A stretch of 64,000 nt of DNA from Micropepsaceae bacterium (GTDB taxonomy: Bacteria; Pseudomonadota; Alphaproteobacteria; Micropepsales; Micropepsaceae), in NCBI GenBank assembly GCA_047602465.1, contig JASGHF010000002.1:48559-112558 (forward strand), read 5' to 3'. Positions 8,508 to 17,715 of this stretch are shown here, piece after piece (positions within the stretch are counted from its first letter, which is position 1; each line of letters opens with the position of its first letter). The notes beneath the pieces are model-generated. The model made no database searches, had not been told where the DNA came from, and was given only the letters and a program-made list of their open reading frames with translations. Made by a program: the position numbers and the translations under genes.

Positions 8508-9239
8508 GTGCAGACCATCAACCTCAAAATTCTCGATCTTCAGGACGGGATGCGCACGCTGGATCTCGGCTGCGGCCGCGGCCGCCACGTGCATCAGGCC
8601 TATTATCACGCCGTCGGTCACGTCGTCGGCGTCGATCTCGGCTTCGAAGACGTCGTCTCCACGCGCGAGGGCTTCAAGCAGGCCCCCGACATGGACCCGA
8701 ACTCAAAACGCGCCTACTCGCTCTCCCTGGCGGATGCGCTGAAGCTTCCCTTTCCGGACGCCTCGTTCGACCGCGTGATCTGCTCCGAGGTGATGGAGCA
8801 CATTCCCGACTACAAATCGGCGCTCAAGGAAATCGCCCGCATCCTGAAACCCGACGGCAAGTTCGGCGTCTCGGTGCCGCGCGCCTTCCCGGAATGGGTC
8901 TGCTGGAAGCTTGAAGAGCGCTACCACAACAATCCCGGCGGACACGTCCGCATCTTCCGCACCTCGGGCCTCAAGCGCGACGTGACCGAAGCGGGTTTCA
9001 AGTTCCGCCGCCGTCACTGGGCGCACGGTCTCCACTCGCCCTATTGGTGGCTTCAATGCGCGATGTGGGACAAGCGCGACACCAGCCGCATGGTCCGCGC
9101 CTACCGCAAGTTCCTTGAGTGGGACATCCTCAAGCGCCCCCTTCTGACACGCGCCCTGGAGAAGATCGCTGACCCGCTGATGGGCAAGTCGATCGTGCTC
9201 TATTTCGACAAGGTGCCAGCTCCTGCGGGCGCGGCATGA
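8508..9239 (+). CDS. Class I SAM-dependent methyltransferase, OmT-like
   Basis: LDLGCGRGRH, ICSEVMEHI, YHNNPGGHVRIF, HGLHSPYWWL, PLMGKSIVLYF. Confidence 0.85.
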   Translation: MQTINLKILDLQDGMRTLDLGCGRGRHVHQAYYHAVGHVVGVDLGFEDVVSTREGFKQAPDMDPNSKRAYSLSLADALKLPFPDASFDRVICSEVMEHIPDYKSALKEIARILKPDGKFGVSVPRAFPEWVCWKLEERYHNNPGGHVRIFRTSGLKRDVTEAGFKFRRRHWAHGLHSPYWWLQCAMWDKRDTSRMVRAYRKFLEWDILKRPLLTRALEKIADPLMGKSIVLYFDKVPAPAGAA

Positions 9240-10312
9240 AGCTGCCCGCCGGCTTCTTTGACGGCGCGCTCAAGCGCATCCTCAGCCTGCAAAGGCCGGA
9301 TGGCGCGATTCCGTGGTTCTCCAAAGGCGTCTTCGACCCCTGGAACCACACCGAGGCGGCCATGGGCCTCGCCATCCTCGGGCACGTCACCGAAGCCCGG
9401 CACGCCTACGACTATCTCGCTTCATCACAGGAAGCCGACGGCTCCTGGTGGGCCCATTACGGCAGCTCCGTGAACCTGGAAACCGGCCGTTACGAGGGCA
9501 CGGGCGACGAACCCAAGAAGCGCGACACCAATTTCTGCGCCTACCCCGCCACCGGCGTCTGGCATCTCTATCTCGTCACCAATGACCGCGCCGTCCTCAC
9601 CCGCTATTGGCCGATGGTGAAGAAGGCGATCGATTTCGTCCTCGCTCTTCAGTCGCCCCACGGCGATATCCGCTGGGCCGCCCCCGGACCGGAAGCCGAA
9701 CCGGACGACGCGCTCATCACCGGCTGCGCCTCGATCTTCCACAGCCTCGGCTGCGCCATCGCCATCGCCGGCACACTCGGCCACGACACCACCCGCTGGA
9801 CCAAATCGCGCGTCGCGCTCCGCGATTGCCTGCTGACGAAGCCCGAGCGTTTCGACCGCACCTGGCCGAGCAAATCCAACTTCTCGATGGACTGGTATTA
9901 TCCCGTCCTCTGCGGCGTCCTCACAGGCGACGCCGCCCGCGCCCGCCTTGCCTCGCGCTGGGACGAATTCGTCGTCGATGGCCGCGGCTGCCGCTGCGTG
10001 CTTGGCGAACCCTGGGTCACCATCGCCGAAGGCTGTGAACTCGCCATCACCCTCATGGCCACCGGCGACACCGCGGCTGCGCGCGAGATGTTCCACCTCC
10101 AGGACCAATGGCGCGACGACAGCCGCGCCTACTGGATGGGATTCCAATACGCCGAGAATGTTCCCTGGCCGGTCGAAAAACCTGCCTGGACCGCTGGCGC
10201 CGCGATCCTCGCCGCTGACGCGATCTACGGCCTCAGCCCGGCATCCAGCCTCTTCACCCGGCCGCTACCCGGCCAGTCGTACGAGCAGCCGCAGCGACTT
10301 GATCTGCTCTAG
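9236..10312 (+). CDS. (alpha/alpha)6-barrel protein (prenyltransferase-like repeats), MmpH-like hydrolase
   Basis: QRPDGAIPW..DPWNH.EAAM, DTNFCAY.ATGVWH, FSMDWYYPVL, PWVT.AE.CEL, WTAGAAILAADA; ATGA overlap. Confidence 0.78.
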   Translation: MKLPAGFFDGALKRILSLQRPDGAIPWFSKGVFDPWNHTEAAMGLAILGHVTEARHAYDYLASSQEADGSWWAHYGSSVNLETGRYEGTGDEPKKRDTNFCAYPATGVWHLYLVTNDRAVLTRYWPMVKKAIDFVLALQSPHGDIRWAAPGPEAEPDDALITGCASIFHSLGCAIAIAGTLGHDTTRWTKSRVALRDCLLTKPERFDRTWPSKSNFSMDWYYPVLCGVLTGDAARARLASRWDEFVVDGRGCRCVLGEPWVTIAEGCELAITLMATGDTAAAREMFHLQDQWRDDSRAYWMGFQYAENVPWPVEKPAWTAGAAILAADAIYGLSPASSLFTRPLPGQSYEQPQRLDLL

Positions 10313-10882
10313 TTCACGGAACTGCCGGCTCGCCAGCGCCGCCTTGTATATCTCGAACGGCGACCGCCCCCCGTCCTCCGGATTGGGAAAGACGTCGTGG
10401 ATGGCGAGATAGCCGCCCGGCATGATGTGCGGCGCCCAGCCACGATAATCCGCCAGCGCCAGTTCCATCGAATGGCCGCCATCGATGAACAGGAACGCCA
10501 GCGGCGTATGCCAGTGCCGCGCCACCGTCGCCGACCGGCCGACGATGGAGATCACATTATCCTCCAGATGCGCACGACGCAGCGTGTCGCGCAGGAACGG
10601 CAGCGTTTCCATCGACCCGGCCTTGGCATCCCACGTTTCAGGGTCGTGATGCTCCCAGCCCGGCTGCATCTCCTCCGATCCACGATGGTGATCCACCGTG
10701 AACAGCATCCCGCCACGCGCCTTGCAGGCCGCCCCGAGATAGAGCGCCGACTTGCCGCAATAGCTTCCGACCTCCAGACAAGGCCCCCACGCCACCGCAT
10801 CCTGCGCCCAGCGATACAGCGCCGCGCCTTCTTCGGGGTCCAGAAACCCCTTCACGCTCTCAGGATCGATCGGAAGTCTCAC
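10265..10882 (-). CDS. Class I SAM-dependent methyltransferase (Methyltransf_24), MeT1-like 1-O-methyltransferase
   Basis: KGFLDPEEG, EVGSYCGKS, TVDHHRGSEEMQPGWEHHDP, FIDGGH, HDVFPNPEDGG; GTG start overlaps the SDR stop (GTGA). Confidence 0.88.
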   Translation of the reverse strand: MRLPIDPESVKGFLDPEEGAALYRWAQDAVAWGPCLEVGSYCGKSALYLGAACKARGGMLFTVDHHRGSEEMQPGWEHHDPETWDAKAGSMETLPFLRDTLRRAHLEDNVISIVGRSATVARHWHTPLAFLFIDGGHSMELALADYRGWAPHIMPGGYLAIHDVFPNPEDGGRSPFEIYKAALASRQFRELEQIKSLRLLVRLAG

Positions 10883-11730
10883 GGCATGATGCCTGTCAGC
10901 CGCTCGCTCACGGCCCAAAGCTGTTTGCCCGCCGCCGCGTCCTGCGCCTGGCGCGAAGGCGTCGCCAACTTCGACTTCACAAAATACCCGCCCGTCACAT
11001 CGGCGACCTCATCCGACGAACACAGATAGATCGAGGTTTTCGCGCCCTTCTCCACGCTGATGGCGAAGAAGTTCTTCGCGATGCCGATCGCCCAGGCGAT
11101 GCCGCCCTTCTCGGAACCGGCGAAGCTCGACGCGACGAATCCCGGATGCAGGCAGTTCACCATCACCTGCCTCGGGTCGACCCGCGTGGCCAGCTCCCGC
11201 GTGAACAGGATGTTCGCCAGCTTCGAGCGCTGATAGGCGCGCCACGCGCTGTATCGCCGCTCGCCCTGCAGATCGTCGAAATCCAGCGACACGCCCGCGT
11301 GGGCGTCCGACGCCACATTCACCACCCGCCCCCGCGGCGCCGCATGCAGCGCATCAAGCAGCAGGTGCGTCAGGAGAAAATAGCTGAGGTGGTTGAATCC
11401 GAAATTCATCTCGATCCCGTCCGCAGTCAGCCGCCGCTCGGAAAAGTATCCGCCGGCATTATTCAGCAGGACGTCCAGCTTCGGCGCATTGGCGGCCACC
11501 TGCGCCGCCAGCCGCCGGATAGCCGCTTGTGATGACAGATCGGCCAGATAGGTCGCCGGCGGCTTGCCACCCGCCGCTTCGGCCACCTTGGCGGCTGCGA
11601 GCGACAGCTTTTCCGGGTTGCGCCCGACCAGATGGAGACTTGCCCCCAATCGAGCCAATTCAATCGCCGCCTGGAGGCCGATCCCATCGGTCGCCCCGGT
11701 CACAAGAATGCGCTTGCCCTCAACACTCAT
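10879..11730 (-). CDS. Short-chain dehydrogenase/reductase (retinol dehydrogenase-like)
   Basis: TGATDGIG, NNAG, VVNVASDAH, YQRSK, HPGFV. Confidence 0.9.
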   Translation of the reverse strand: MSVEGKRILVTGATDGIGLQAAIELARLGASLHLVGRNPEKLSLAAAKVAEAAGGKPPATYLADLSSQAAIRRLAAQVAANAPKLDVLLNNAGGYFSERRLTADGIEMNFGFNHLSYFLLTHLLLDALHAAPRGRVVNVASDAHAGVSLDFDDLQGERRYSAWRAYQRSKLANILFTRELATRVDPRQVMVNCLHPGFVASSFAGSEKGGIAWAIGIAKNFFAISVEKGAKTSIYLCSSDEVADVTGGYFVKSKLATPSRQAQDAAAGKQLWAVSERLTGIMP

Positions 11731-11908
11731 GGCGATGTCCCGATGGTCCCGGCCGACCCGAATTGTGACGCTGACGACTATCTAGCGCGCCCGGAGGGCA
11801 GGAAGCGAGCGTCAAGCCATTCTTATTGTTCAGCCTTCGGGAAAACCCCTGTAATCGGGTATTCTTGCGCAACTGATTTGCTGCGACGCGCGGCCGCCCT
11901 GCCGCCTT

Positions 11909-12766
11909 GTGGACAACCGCCTCCGCATGACTGCCCCGGCGACCATGGAAATGTTCACCTACGCCTCGCCGGAGGATTCTGCGGCGCGTCGGGCGGTGAT
12001 CCGCAGCATCGAGCGCGCCACCGGCCAACCGCACCTCAAGCGTCTCTACGAGCAATTCCAGAACGATCTTGCCGCCGGGCGCAGCACCGACGACTTCTTC
12101 ACGGCCGGCGTCAAGAAGCTGGAGCTGGACCTCGTCTATGACCGGGCCAGGCTCCTTGCCGCGCCGAAAACCGGCCCGCTGGTCGTCATCGCCAATCATC
12201 CGTTCGGGGTGCTGGACGGCATTGTCATCTGCCACCTGATGCTTCAGCTGCGCCGGGATTTCCGTATCCTGTCCAACAGCGCGCTCTACCGGGTTCCGGA
12301 AATCTACGACTGGCTGCTGCCGGTCGATTTCAACGAGACCCGTGAGGCGTTGGCGACCAACCTCAGGAGCCGCGCCGAAGCCCGGAAATTCCTGGAAGGC
12401 GGCGGCGCGCTCATCGTGTTTCCGGCGGGCGGCGTGGCCACCACCCCAAGCGCTTTCGCACGTCATGCCGTCGATGCCGAATGGAAGCCGTTGACCGCCA
12501 AACTGATTCTTCAGGGCCGCGCCCCGGTCCTCCCGATCTTCTTTCACGGTCAGAACAGCCGCCTCTTCCAGATCGCCAGTCAGATCAGCCTGACGATGCG
12601 GCTAGCCCTGATTTTCCGTGAAGTTCATCGCCGGATTGGAACTAAACTTCCTGTTAGCATTGGCGAGACAATTCCCTTCGAACGAATCGCGGAAATAGGC
12701 GACAAGCGGCAGGTCATGACCTTCCTCAGGGATTCGGTTCACAAGCTCGCGGGCACGGCAGGATGA
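11909..12766 (+). CDS. Lysophospholipid acyltransferase family protein
   Basis: ANHPFGVLDG (HX4D) and VFPAG; the start may be ATG11927. Confidence 0.85.
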   Translation: MDNRLRMTAPATMEMFTYASPEDSAARRAVIRSIERATGQPHLKRLYEQFQNDLAAGRSTDDFFTAGVKKLELDLVYDRARLLAAPKTGPLVVIANHPFGVLDGIVICHLMLQLRRDFRILSNSALYRVPEIYDWLLPVDFNETREALATNLRSRAEARKFLEGGGALIVFPAGGVATTPSAFARHAVDAEWKPLTAKLILQGRAPVLPIFFHGQNSRLFQIASQISLTMRLALIFREVHRRIGTKLPVSIGETIPFERIAEIGDKRQVMTFLRDSVHKLAGTAG

Positions 12767-13542
12767 TCGATATCTCGGTCATCACCGTGTCGCTGAATGC
12801 GGCGTCGACCATCGCGCGGACGATCGATTCGGTGCGTGCGCAGACCGGCGTGCTGATCGAGCACATCGTCGTCGACGGCGGCTCGACCGATGGCACGATG
12901 GATATCGTCCGGGACCGCCGGCAAGGCTTCGCGCAGGTCGTCAGCGAACCTGACCACGGCCTCTACGACGCCATGAATAAAGGTCTCGCGCTCGCCCGAG
13001 GAAAACTCACCGGCTATCTCAACGCCGATGACGCCTTTGCCAGCCCGGATTCTCTGTCGCGGCTTGTTGACGCCTGGCGCCGAACCGGCTCCGACGCCGT
13101 TTACGGAGACGTTCTGCAGGTAGATGCCCAGGATCGCCCTGTCAGAATGATTTCCGGCGGCGCGTTCTCGCCCGAGCGCCTGCGTCGTGGACTGATGCCG
13201 CCGCACCCCAGCTTCTACGCCCGCACAGCTGCTCTGCGAGAAGCAGGCGGGTTCAACACCGCCTATACCATCGCTGCCGACTTCGACCTCGTCGCGCGCA
13301 CCTTCGCGCAACCCGGCTTCGAGGCTGCTTATGTCCCTGCAATCGTCGCCAATATGCGTATTGGCGGCGTCAGCACGCGCAACCTCAAGGCGACCCGCGT
13401 CGCTACGGCGGAAATTCTCAGATCGTGCCGCGCCAACGGCATCGATGCGACACCCTGGAGTGTCCTGTCGCGCTACCCTCTCAAGGCGCGGGAGGTCATT
13501 GACGGGCGCTGGATGCGGCTCAGGGGCTATCAGGCCGGCTAG
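12763..13542 (+). CDS. GT2 family glycosyltransferase
   Basis: VVDGGSTDGT, SEPDHGLYDAMNKG, YLNADD, PPHPSFY. Confidence 0.9.
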   Translation: MIDISVITVSLNAASTIARTIDSVRAQTGVLIEHIVVDGGSTDGTMDIVRDRRQGFAQVVSEPDHGLYDAMNKGLALARGKLTGYLNADDAFASPDSLSRLVDAWRRTGSDAVYGDVLQVDAQDRPVRMISGGAFSPERLRRGLMPPHPSFYARTAALREAGGFNTAYTIAADFDLVARTFAQPGFEAAYVPAIVANMRIGGVSTRNLKATRVATAEILRSCRANGIDATPWSVLSRYPLKAREVIDGRWMRLRGYQAG

Positions 13543-13585
13543 GCCGGCCTGACAATCAAGAAGCCGCGTGTAGGGGGCACTTTTT

Positions 13586-14620
13586 TTGGAGCTGGTTGAG
13601 ACGATAGCGCTGCCAGGCGTGGTCGGGGCCTTTTCGGCGCTTGTGCTCTGCCTTGCGCGCATGCCCATCGCCCGCACGATGGCGCTCGTCGACCGGGCGG
13701 ACCATCCGCGCAAGGCGCATATCGGCGCAGTCCCTCTGGTCGGCGGCATCGCCCTGTTTCCCGCCATCGCCATCGCCTGCATTCAGGCCGTGGCGCTGGG
13801 CGCTTCGGATGACGCCCTGGGTATGATGGTCGGCGTTGTCTTCAGCTTCTTCATGATCGGCTATGCCGACGACCGCATGCAGATCAGGCCGTCGCGCCGG
13901 CTGCTGCTGACCCTCGTTCTCTTTGCGGCCCTGGTGCTGATGACGCCGGCCTTTATGCCATCTGTGTTCACGATCGGCGGCCTGGAGCTGCATATCGGAC
14001 CCGGCACGATCGCCCTGCTCGCCATTATCGGCGCCAGCGGCGCCCTGAACGCGATCAATATGGCCGACGGACAGGATGGTCTCTGCGTCGGGCTGCTTCT
14101 TATCTGGCTGATGTTTCTCGCCGCGAAGTCGACGCTTCCCGTGCAGAGCGCTGCTCTGCTCGCGGCACTCGCACTCGGCGTCGTGCTCGTCTTCAATCTC
14201 GCGGGTCTCGTCTTTCTCGGCGACATAGGCGCCTATGGCGTCGGCGCGTTCGTCCTGTCGCTGATGCTCTACGGCGCCGGCGATGGCTCCATTGATCACG
14301 GTCAGATCGTCGCTCTGCTTGCAGTCCCCGTCACCGATTGCATCCTGCTGATGATCGAAAGGGTGCGGGGCGGCCATTCGCCTTACGACCCTGACCGGCA
14401 GCATCTGCATCACATATTGCAGGCGACATTCGGCAAGTGGCCGAGCCTTGCCGTTTATCTCAGTTTCGTCGCCCTCTGCGCCTTCGGAGCATATATGAGC
14501 GGCCCGGCAACGATTGTCGCCATAGGCGGCGCGATCGCCTTTGTCGTGATCGCCCGCCGGTTTGGACGGCGTGAGACTGAAGACGGGCCGCCATTGGCCG
14601 GCGACGATCTTCTCACCTAG
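13586..14620 (+). CDS. MraY/WecA-like undecaprenyl-phosphate sugar-1-phosphate transferase
   Basis: PRKAH...PLVGG, GYADD, NAINMADGQDG, FLGDIG, DRQHLHH; multiple TM segments. Confidence 0.88.
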   Translation: MELVETIALPGVVGAFSALVLCLARMPIARTMALVDRADHPRKAHIGAVPLVGGIALFPAIAIACIQAVALGASDDALGMMVGVVFSFFMIGYADDRMQIRPSRRLLLTLVLFAALVLMTPAFMPSVFTIGGLELHIGPGTIALLAIIGASGALNAINMADGQDGLCVGLLLIWLMFLAAKSTLPVQSAALLAALALGVVLVFNLAGLVFLGDIGAYGVGAFVLSLMLYGAGDGSIDHGQIVALLAVPVTDCILLMIERVRGGHSPYDPDRQHLHHILQATFGKWPSLAVYLSFVALCAFGAYMSGPATIVAIGGAIAFVVIARRFGRRETEDGPPLAGDDLLT

Positions 14621-15261
14621 CGCCCGAAATCGGCCTGCTGATCGGGGGCCGCGGCCGCGAAGGCGGGAAGAGCAGTGGCGGCCGCGTTGGCGCGCACGAT
14701 GCGGGGGTAGGCGCCGAGCGGAATATCAAAGCGCCGCGCATTGGCGACCTGCGGCACCAGCACGACATCAGCCAGTGTCGGCACGCTGCCGCAGGCATAG
14801 GGACCGGCTGCATCGAGCATCGTCTCGACCGCCTTGAAGCCAATATCGATCCAGTGCCGGTACCAGATCTTCGACGCCTCGGCATCGACCTTCAGGGTGT
14901 CGCTCAGATACTGCCGAACCCTCAGATTGTTCACGGGGTGAATGTCGCAGGCGATGGACAGCGCGATCTGGCGCACACGCGCCCGGGCGACAGCGCCTTT
15001 CGGCAGCAACGGCGGCTCCGGATAGACTTCATCCAGATACTCGATGATCGCCAGAGACTGCGTGATCGTCGCATCCCCGTCGATCAGCGTCGGGATCAGC
15101 TCCAGCGGATTCAGCGCCGCATACTCCGCACCGTGTTGCTGCCCGCCATCCTTCAGCAGGTGGACGAAGCGCTCTTCCGGCTTCAACCCCTTCAGATTCA
15201 GCGCGATGCGTGTGCGATAAGCGGCCGACGAATGCGCGTAGGTATAGTGGACAAGTGTCAC
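14617..15261 (-). CDS. maiA: Maleylacetoacetate isomerase (GST zeta class)
   Basis: SSAAYRTRIALNLKG, ITQSLAIIEYL, ACDIHPVNNLRV. Confidence 0.9.
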   Translation of the reverse strand: MTLVHYTYAHSSAAYRTRIALNLKGLKPEERFVHLLKDGGQQHGAEYAALNPLELIPTLIDGDATITQSLAIIEYLDEVYPEPPLLPKGAVARARVRQIALSIACDIHPVNNLRVRQYLSDTLKVDAEASKIWYRHWIDIGFKAVETMLDAAGPYACGSVPTLADVVLVPQVANARRFDIPLGAYPRIVRANAAATALPAFAAAAPDQQADFGR

Positions 15262-16328
15262 GCGTCGGCCGGGGCGCTGATGACACCGCGACGGATCTGG
15301 TCAAGTTCGATCGACTCGAACAGGGCCTTGAAATTCCCCTCGCCGAAGCCCTCATTGCCCTTGCGCTGGATCAGCTCGAAGAAAATCGGCCCGATCGCGT
15401 TCTGGGTGAATATCTGCAGCAGCAGCCCCTGATCCTCCGCCCCGTCGATCAGAATGCGGTCGGCGCGCAGGCGCTGTACATTCTCGCCGTGGCCCGGCAG
15501 GCGCTGGTCGATCAGGTCGAAATAGGTATCGATCGTGTCCTGGAACGCGACGCCCTTCTTCACGAGCACCTCGACCGTCTCGTAGATGTCTTTCACGCCC
15601 AGCGCGATGTGCTGGATGCCCTCGCCCTTGTAGAGATCGAGATACTCGGCGATCTGCGACTTGTCGTCGGAGCTTTCGTTGATCGGGATGCGGATCTTTC
15701 CGTCCGGGCTGGTCATAGCGCGGCTTTTCAGACCCGTCACCTTGCCCTCGATGTCGAAGTAGCGGATCTCGCGGAAGTTGAAGAGCGTCTCATAGAAGCC
15801 CGCCCACTTGTCCATGTTGCCGCGATAGACGTTGTGCGTAACATGATCGAGATAGGTCATGCCGGCACCGGCATGCTCGAAACCCAGCTTCTCGTCCGTC
15901 GGCACGAAATCGACATCATAGATCGAGCGGTCCCCGTAGCGGTCGACCAGATAGATCACACTGCCGCCGATCCCCTTGATCGCCGGTATGTTCAGTTCCA
16001 TCGGGCCTACTGCCGCCTCATGCGGCTCGGCGCCCAGATCCAGCGCCCGCTTGAACGCCTTGGCGGAATCGCGCACGCGGAAGCCCATGGCGCAGGCGGA
16101 CGGGCCATGCGCCTTGGCGAAGGTCGCGCCATGACTGCCCGGCTCGGCATTCACGATGAAGTTCACATCGCCCTGGCGATAGAGAGTCACATCCTTGGAG
16201 CGGTGCTTGCCAACGGCGCGGAAGCCCATTTGCTCGAACAGCCGGCCGAGTTCGGCGGTGTCGGGGGCGGTGTACTCAACGAACTCGAAGCCGTCGGTGC
16301 CCATGGGATTTTCAAAAAGATCGGCCAT
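15258..16328 (-). CDS. hppD: 4-hydroxyphenylpyruvate dioxygenase
   Basis: ENPMGTDGFEFVEY, LDHVTHNV, GEGIQHIAL, FFELIQRKG..GFGEGNFKALFE. Confidence 0.96.
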   Translation of the reverse strand: MADLFENPMGTDGFEFVEYTAPDTAELGRLFEQMGFRAVGKHRSKDVTLYRQGDVNFIVNAEPGSHGATFAKAHGPSACAMGFRVRDSAKAFKRALDLGAEPHEAAVGPMELNIPAIKGIGGSVIYLVDRYGDRSIYDVDFVPTDEKLGFEHAGAGMTYLDHVTHNVYRGNMDKWAGFYETLFNFREIRYFDIEGKVTGLKSRAMTSPDGKIRIPINESSDDKSQIAEYLDLYKGEGIQHIALGVKDIYETVEVLVKKGVAFQDTIDTYFDLIDQRLPGHGENVQRLRADRILIDGAEDQGLLLQIFTQNAIGPIFFELIQRKGNEGFGEGNFKALFESIELDQIRRGVISAPADA

Positions 16329-16470
16329 TTTCGGATGTCTCCTCCTGGCGTGGTTTGCAACATGATAAGCGGCCCACCCCGCGCCGCCAACGGCGGGACG
16401 AAAGGCCTGCTTGAGGTTTTGCGCAACGCTGTTTCAATGCGCGTCGGTACAGGCAAGAAAGTTGTCCAAC

Positions 16471-17268
16471 ATGCCCAAAAAGCCGGAATCGCTGCCCGAC
16501 GGCGACAAGCTCAGCGACGACGAGTATGAGACCGCGCTCTACGACCTCCAGGTCGAACTGGTGAAGTTCCAGCGGGACATTATCGCCAATGGCGAGAAAG
16601 TCCTTGTCATCATGGAAGGGCGCGACGGGGCCGGAAAAGACGGGACGATCAAACGGATTATCGAGCACCTCTCGCCGCGCGAAACCCGGGTCGTCGCGAT
16701 GCCCAAGCCGTCGGATCGCGAAGCCTCGCAATGGTATTTCCAGCGCTTCGTGCCACATCTGCCGTCAGGCGGCGAGTTCGTCCTCTTCAACCGCTCCTGG
16801 TACAACCGGGCGGGCGTCGAACCGGTCATGGGCTTCTGCACGCCGCAGCAGACCGAGCATTTCCTCGACGAGGTGCCGGCCTTTGAGACCATGCTGGTCA
16901 AATCCGGCATCCAGCTCTTCAAATACTATCTGGACATCGACAAGGCCGAGCAGACGGAGCGGCTGGAAGCGCGCCATGAAGACCCTCTGAAACAGTGGAA
17001 AATTTCGCCGATCGACGCCAAGGCGATCGAGAAGTGGAAGCCCTATACCAAGGCGCGCGATGTGATGCTTGCGCGTACCAGCCACAAGCATGGCCCCTGG
17101 ACTGCCGTGCAGGCCAACTCGAAGAAGCAGGCGCGCATCAACATCATCCGCGATTTGCTGGCCCGGTCCGACTACAAAGGAAAACGGTCGGCCCTTCTCA
17201 GGACCGACCGCCGCATCATTCTTCCGGTCAACGCCGCTCTGCTGAAATCGGGGCGGCTGTCGAGATAG
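16471..17268 (+). CDS. ppk2: Polyphosphate kinase 2
   Basis: MEGRDGAGKDG, WYFQR, FNRSWYNRAGVE, LKQWKISPID. Confidence 0.95.
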   Translation: MPKKPESLPDGDKLSDDEYETALYDLQVELVKFQRDIIANGEKVLVIMEGRDGAGKDGTIKRIIEHLSPRETRVVAMPKPSDREASQWYFQRFVPHLPSGGEFVLFNRSWYNRAGVEPVMGFCTPQQTEHFLDEVPAFETMLVKSGIQLFKYYLDIDKAEQTERLEARHEDPLKQWKISPIDAKAIEKWKPYTKARDVMLARTSHKHGPWTAVQANSKKQARINIIRDLLARSDYKGKRSALLRTDRRIILPVNAALLKSGRLSR

Positions 17269-17272
17269 CCGC

Positions 17273-17536
17273 CTAGGCAGCCCGCCTTATCAGCGACAGG
17301 ACCAGCAGGATGATCACGCCGCCGATCGTGGCGTGAATGATGCTGATCAAAATCGCATTGTCCGTGCCGAGGGCAACGCCAAGACGCGGGAACAGCCAGG
17401 ACGCAACGAACGCGCCCAGGATACCGATGATGATATTGCCGACGATGCCGAACCCGGCGCCTTTGACGATAACGCCGGCAAGCCAGCCCGCGATGCCGCC
17501 GATAATCAACGCGATGATAATGGCTTCCGCACTCAT
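17273..17536 (-). CDS. GlsB/YeaQ/YmgE family stress-response membrane protein
   Basis: LIIGGIAGWLAG..G.GIVGNIIIGILGAFV pattern; three hydrophobic helices. Confidence 0.9.
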   Translation of the reverse strand: MSAEAIIIALIIGGIAGWLAGVIVKGAGFGIVGNIIIGILGAFVASWLFPRLGVALGTDNAILISIIHATIGGVIILLVLSLIRRAA

Positions 17537-17575
17537 ATCCGTCCCTCCTGCCGGCCCTGCCGGCCGTACTAGCCT

Positions 17576-17600
17576 AACGGACAGAGGGAACTTGAGTTCC
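17576..17600 (-). promoter_or_regulatory. SigmaEcfG (general stress response) promoter
   Basis: Minus strand GGAAC-N16-CGTT about 40 bp upstream of the GlsB/YeaQ/YmgE gene. Confidence 0.75.
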
Positions 17601-17715
17601 GTGACGGGCGGTCATCGTTCAAATTAAGCGGAATTTATCGGCACCCGCCGCGATTCTGCGTTAATTCCCGTCCGCTAGACTATCCGGCGTTCGAGTTGCC
17701 GGCCGTCGGGGGTCC

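Noticed and set aside
17624-17638. CtrA site TTAA-N7-TTAT
   Set aside because: One mismatch, short AT-rich motif and no supporting context; not distinguishable from chance.
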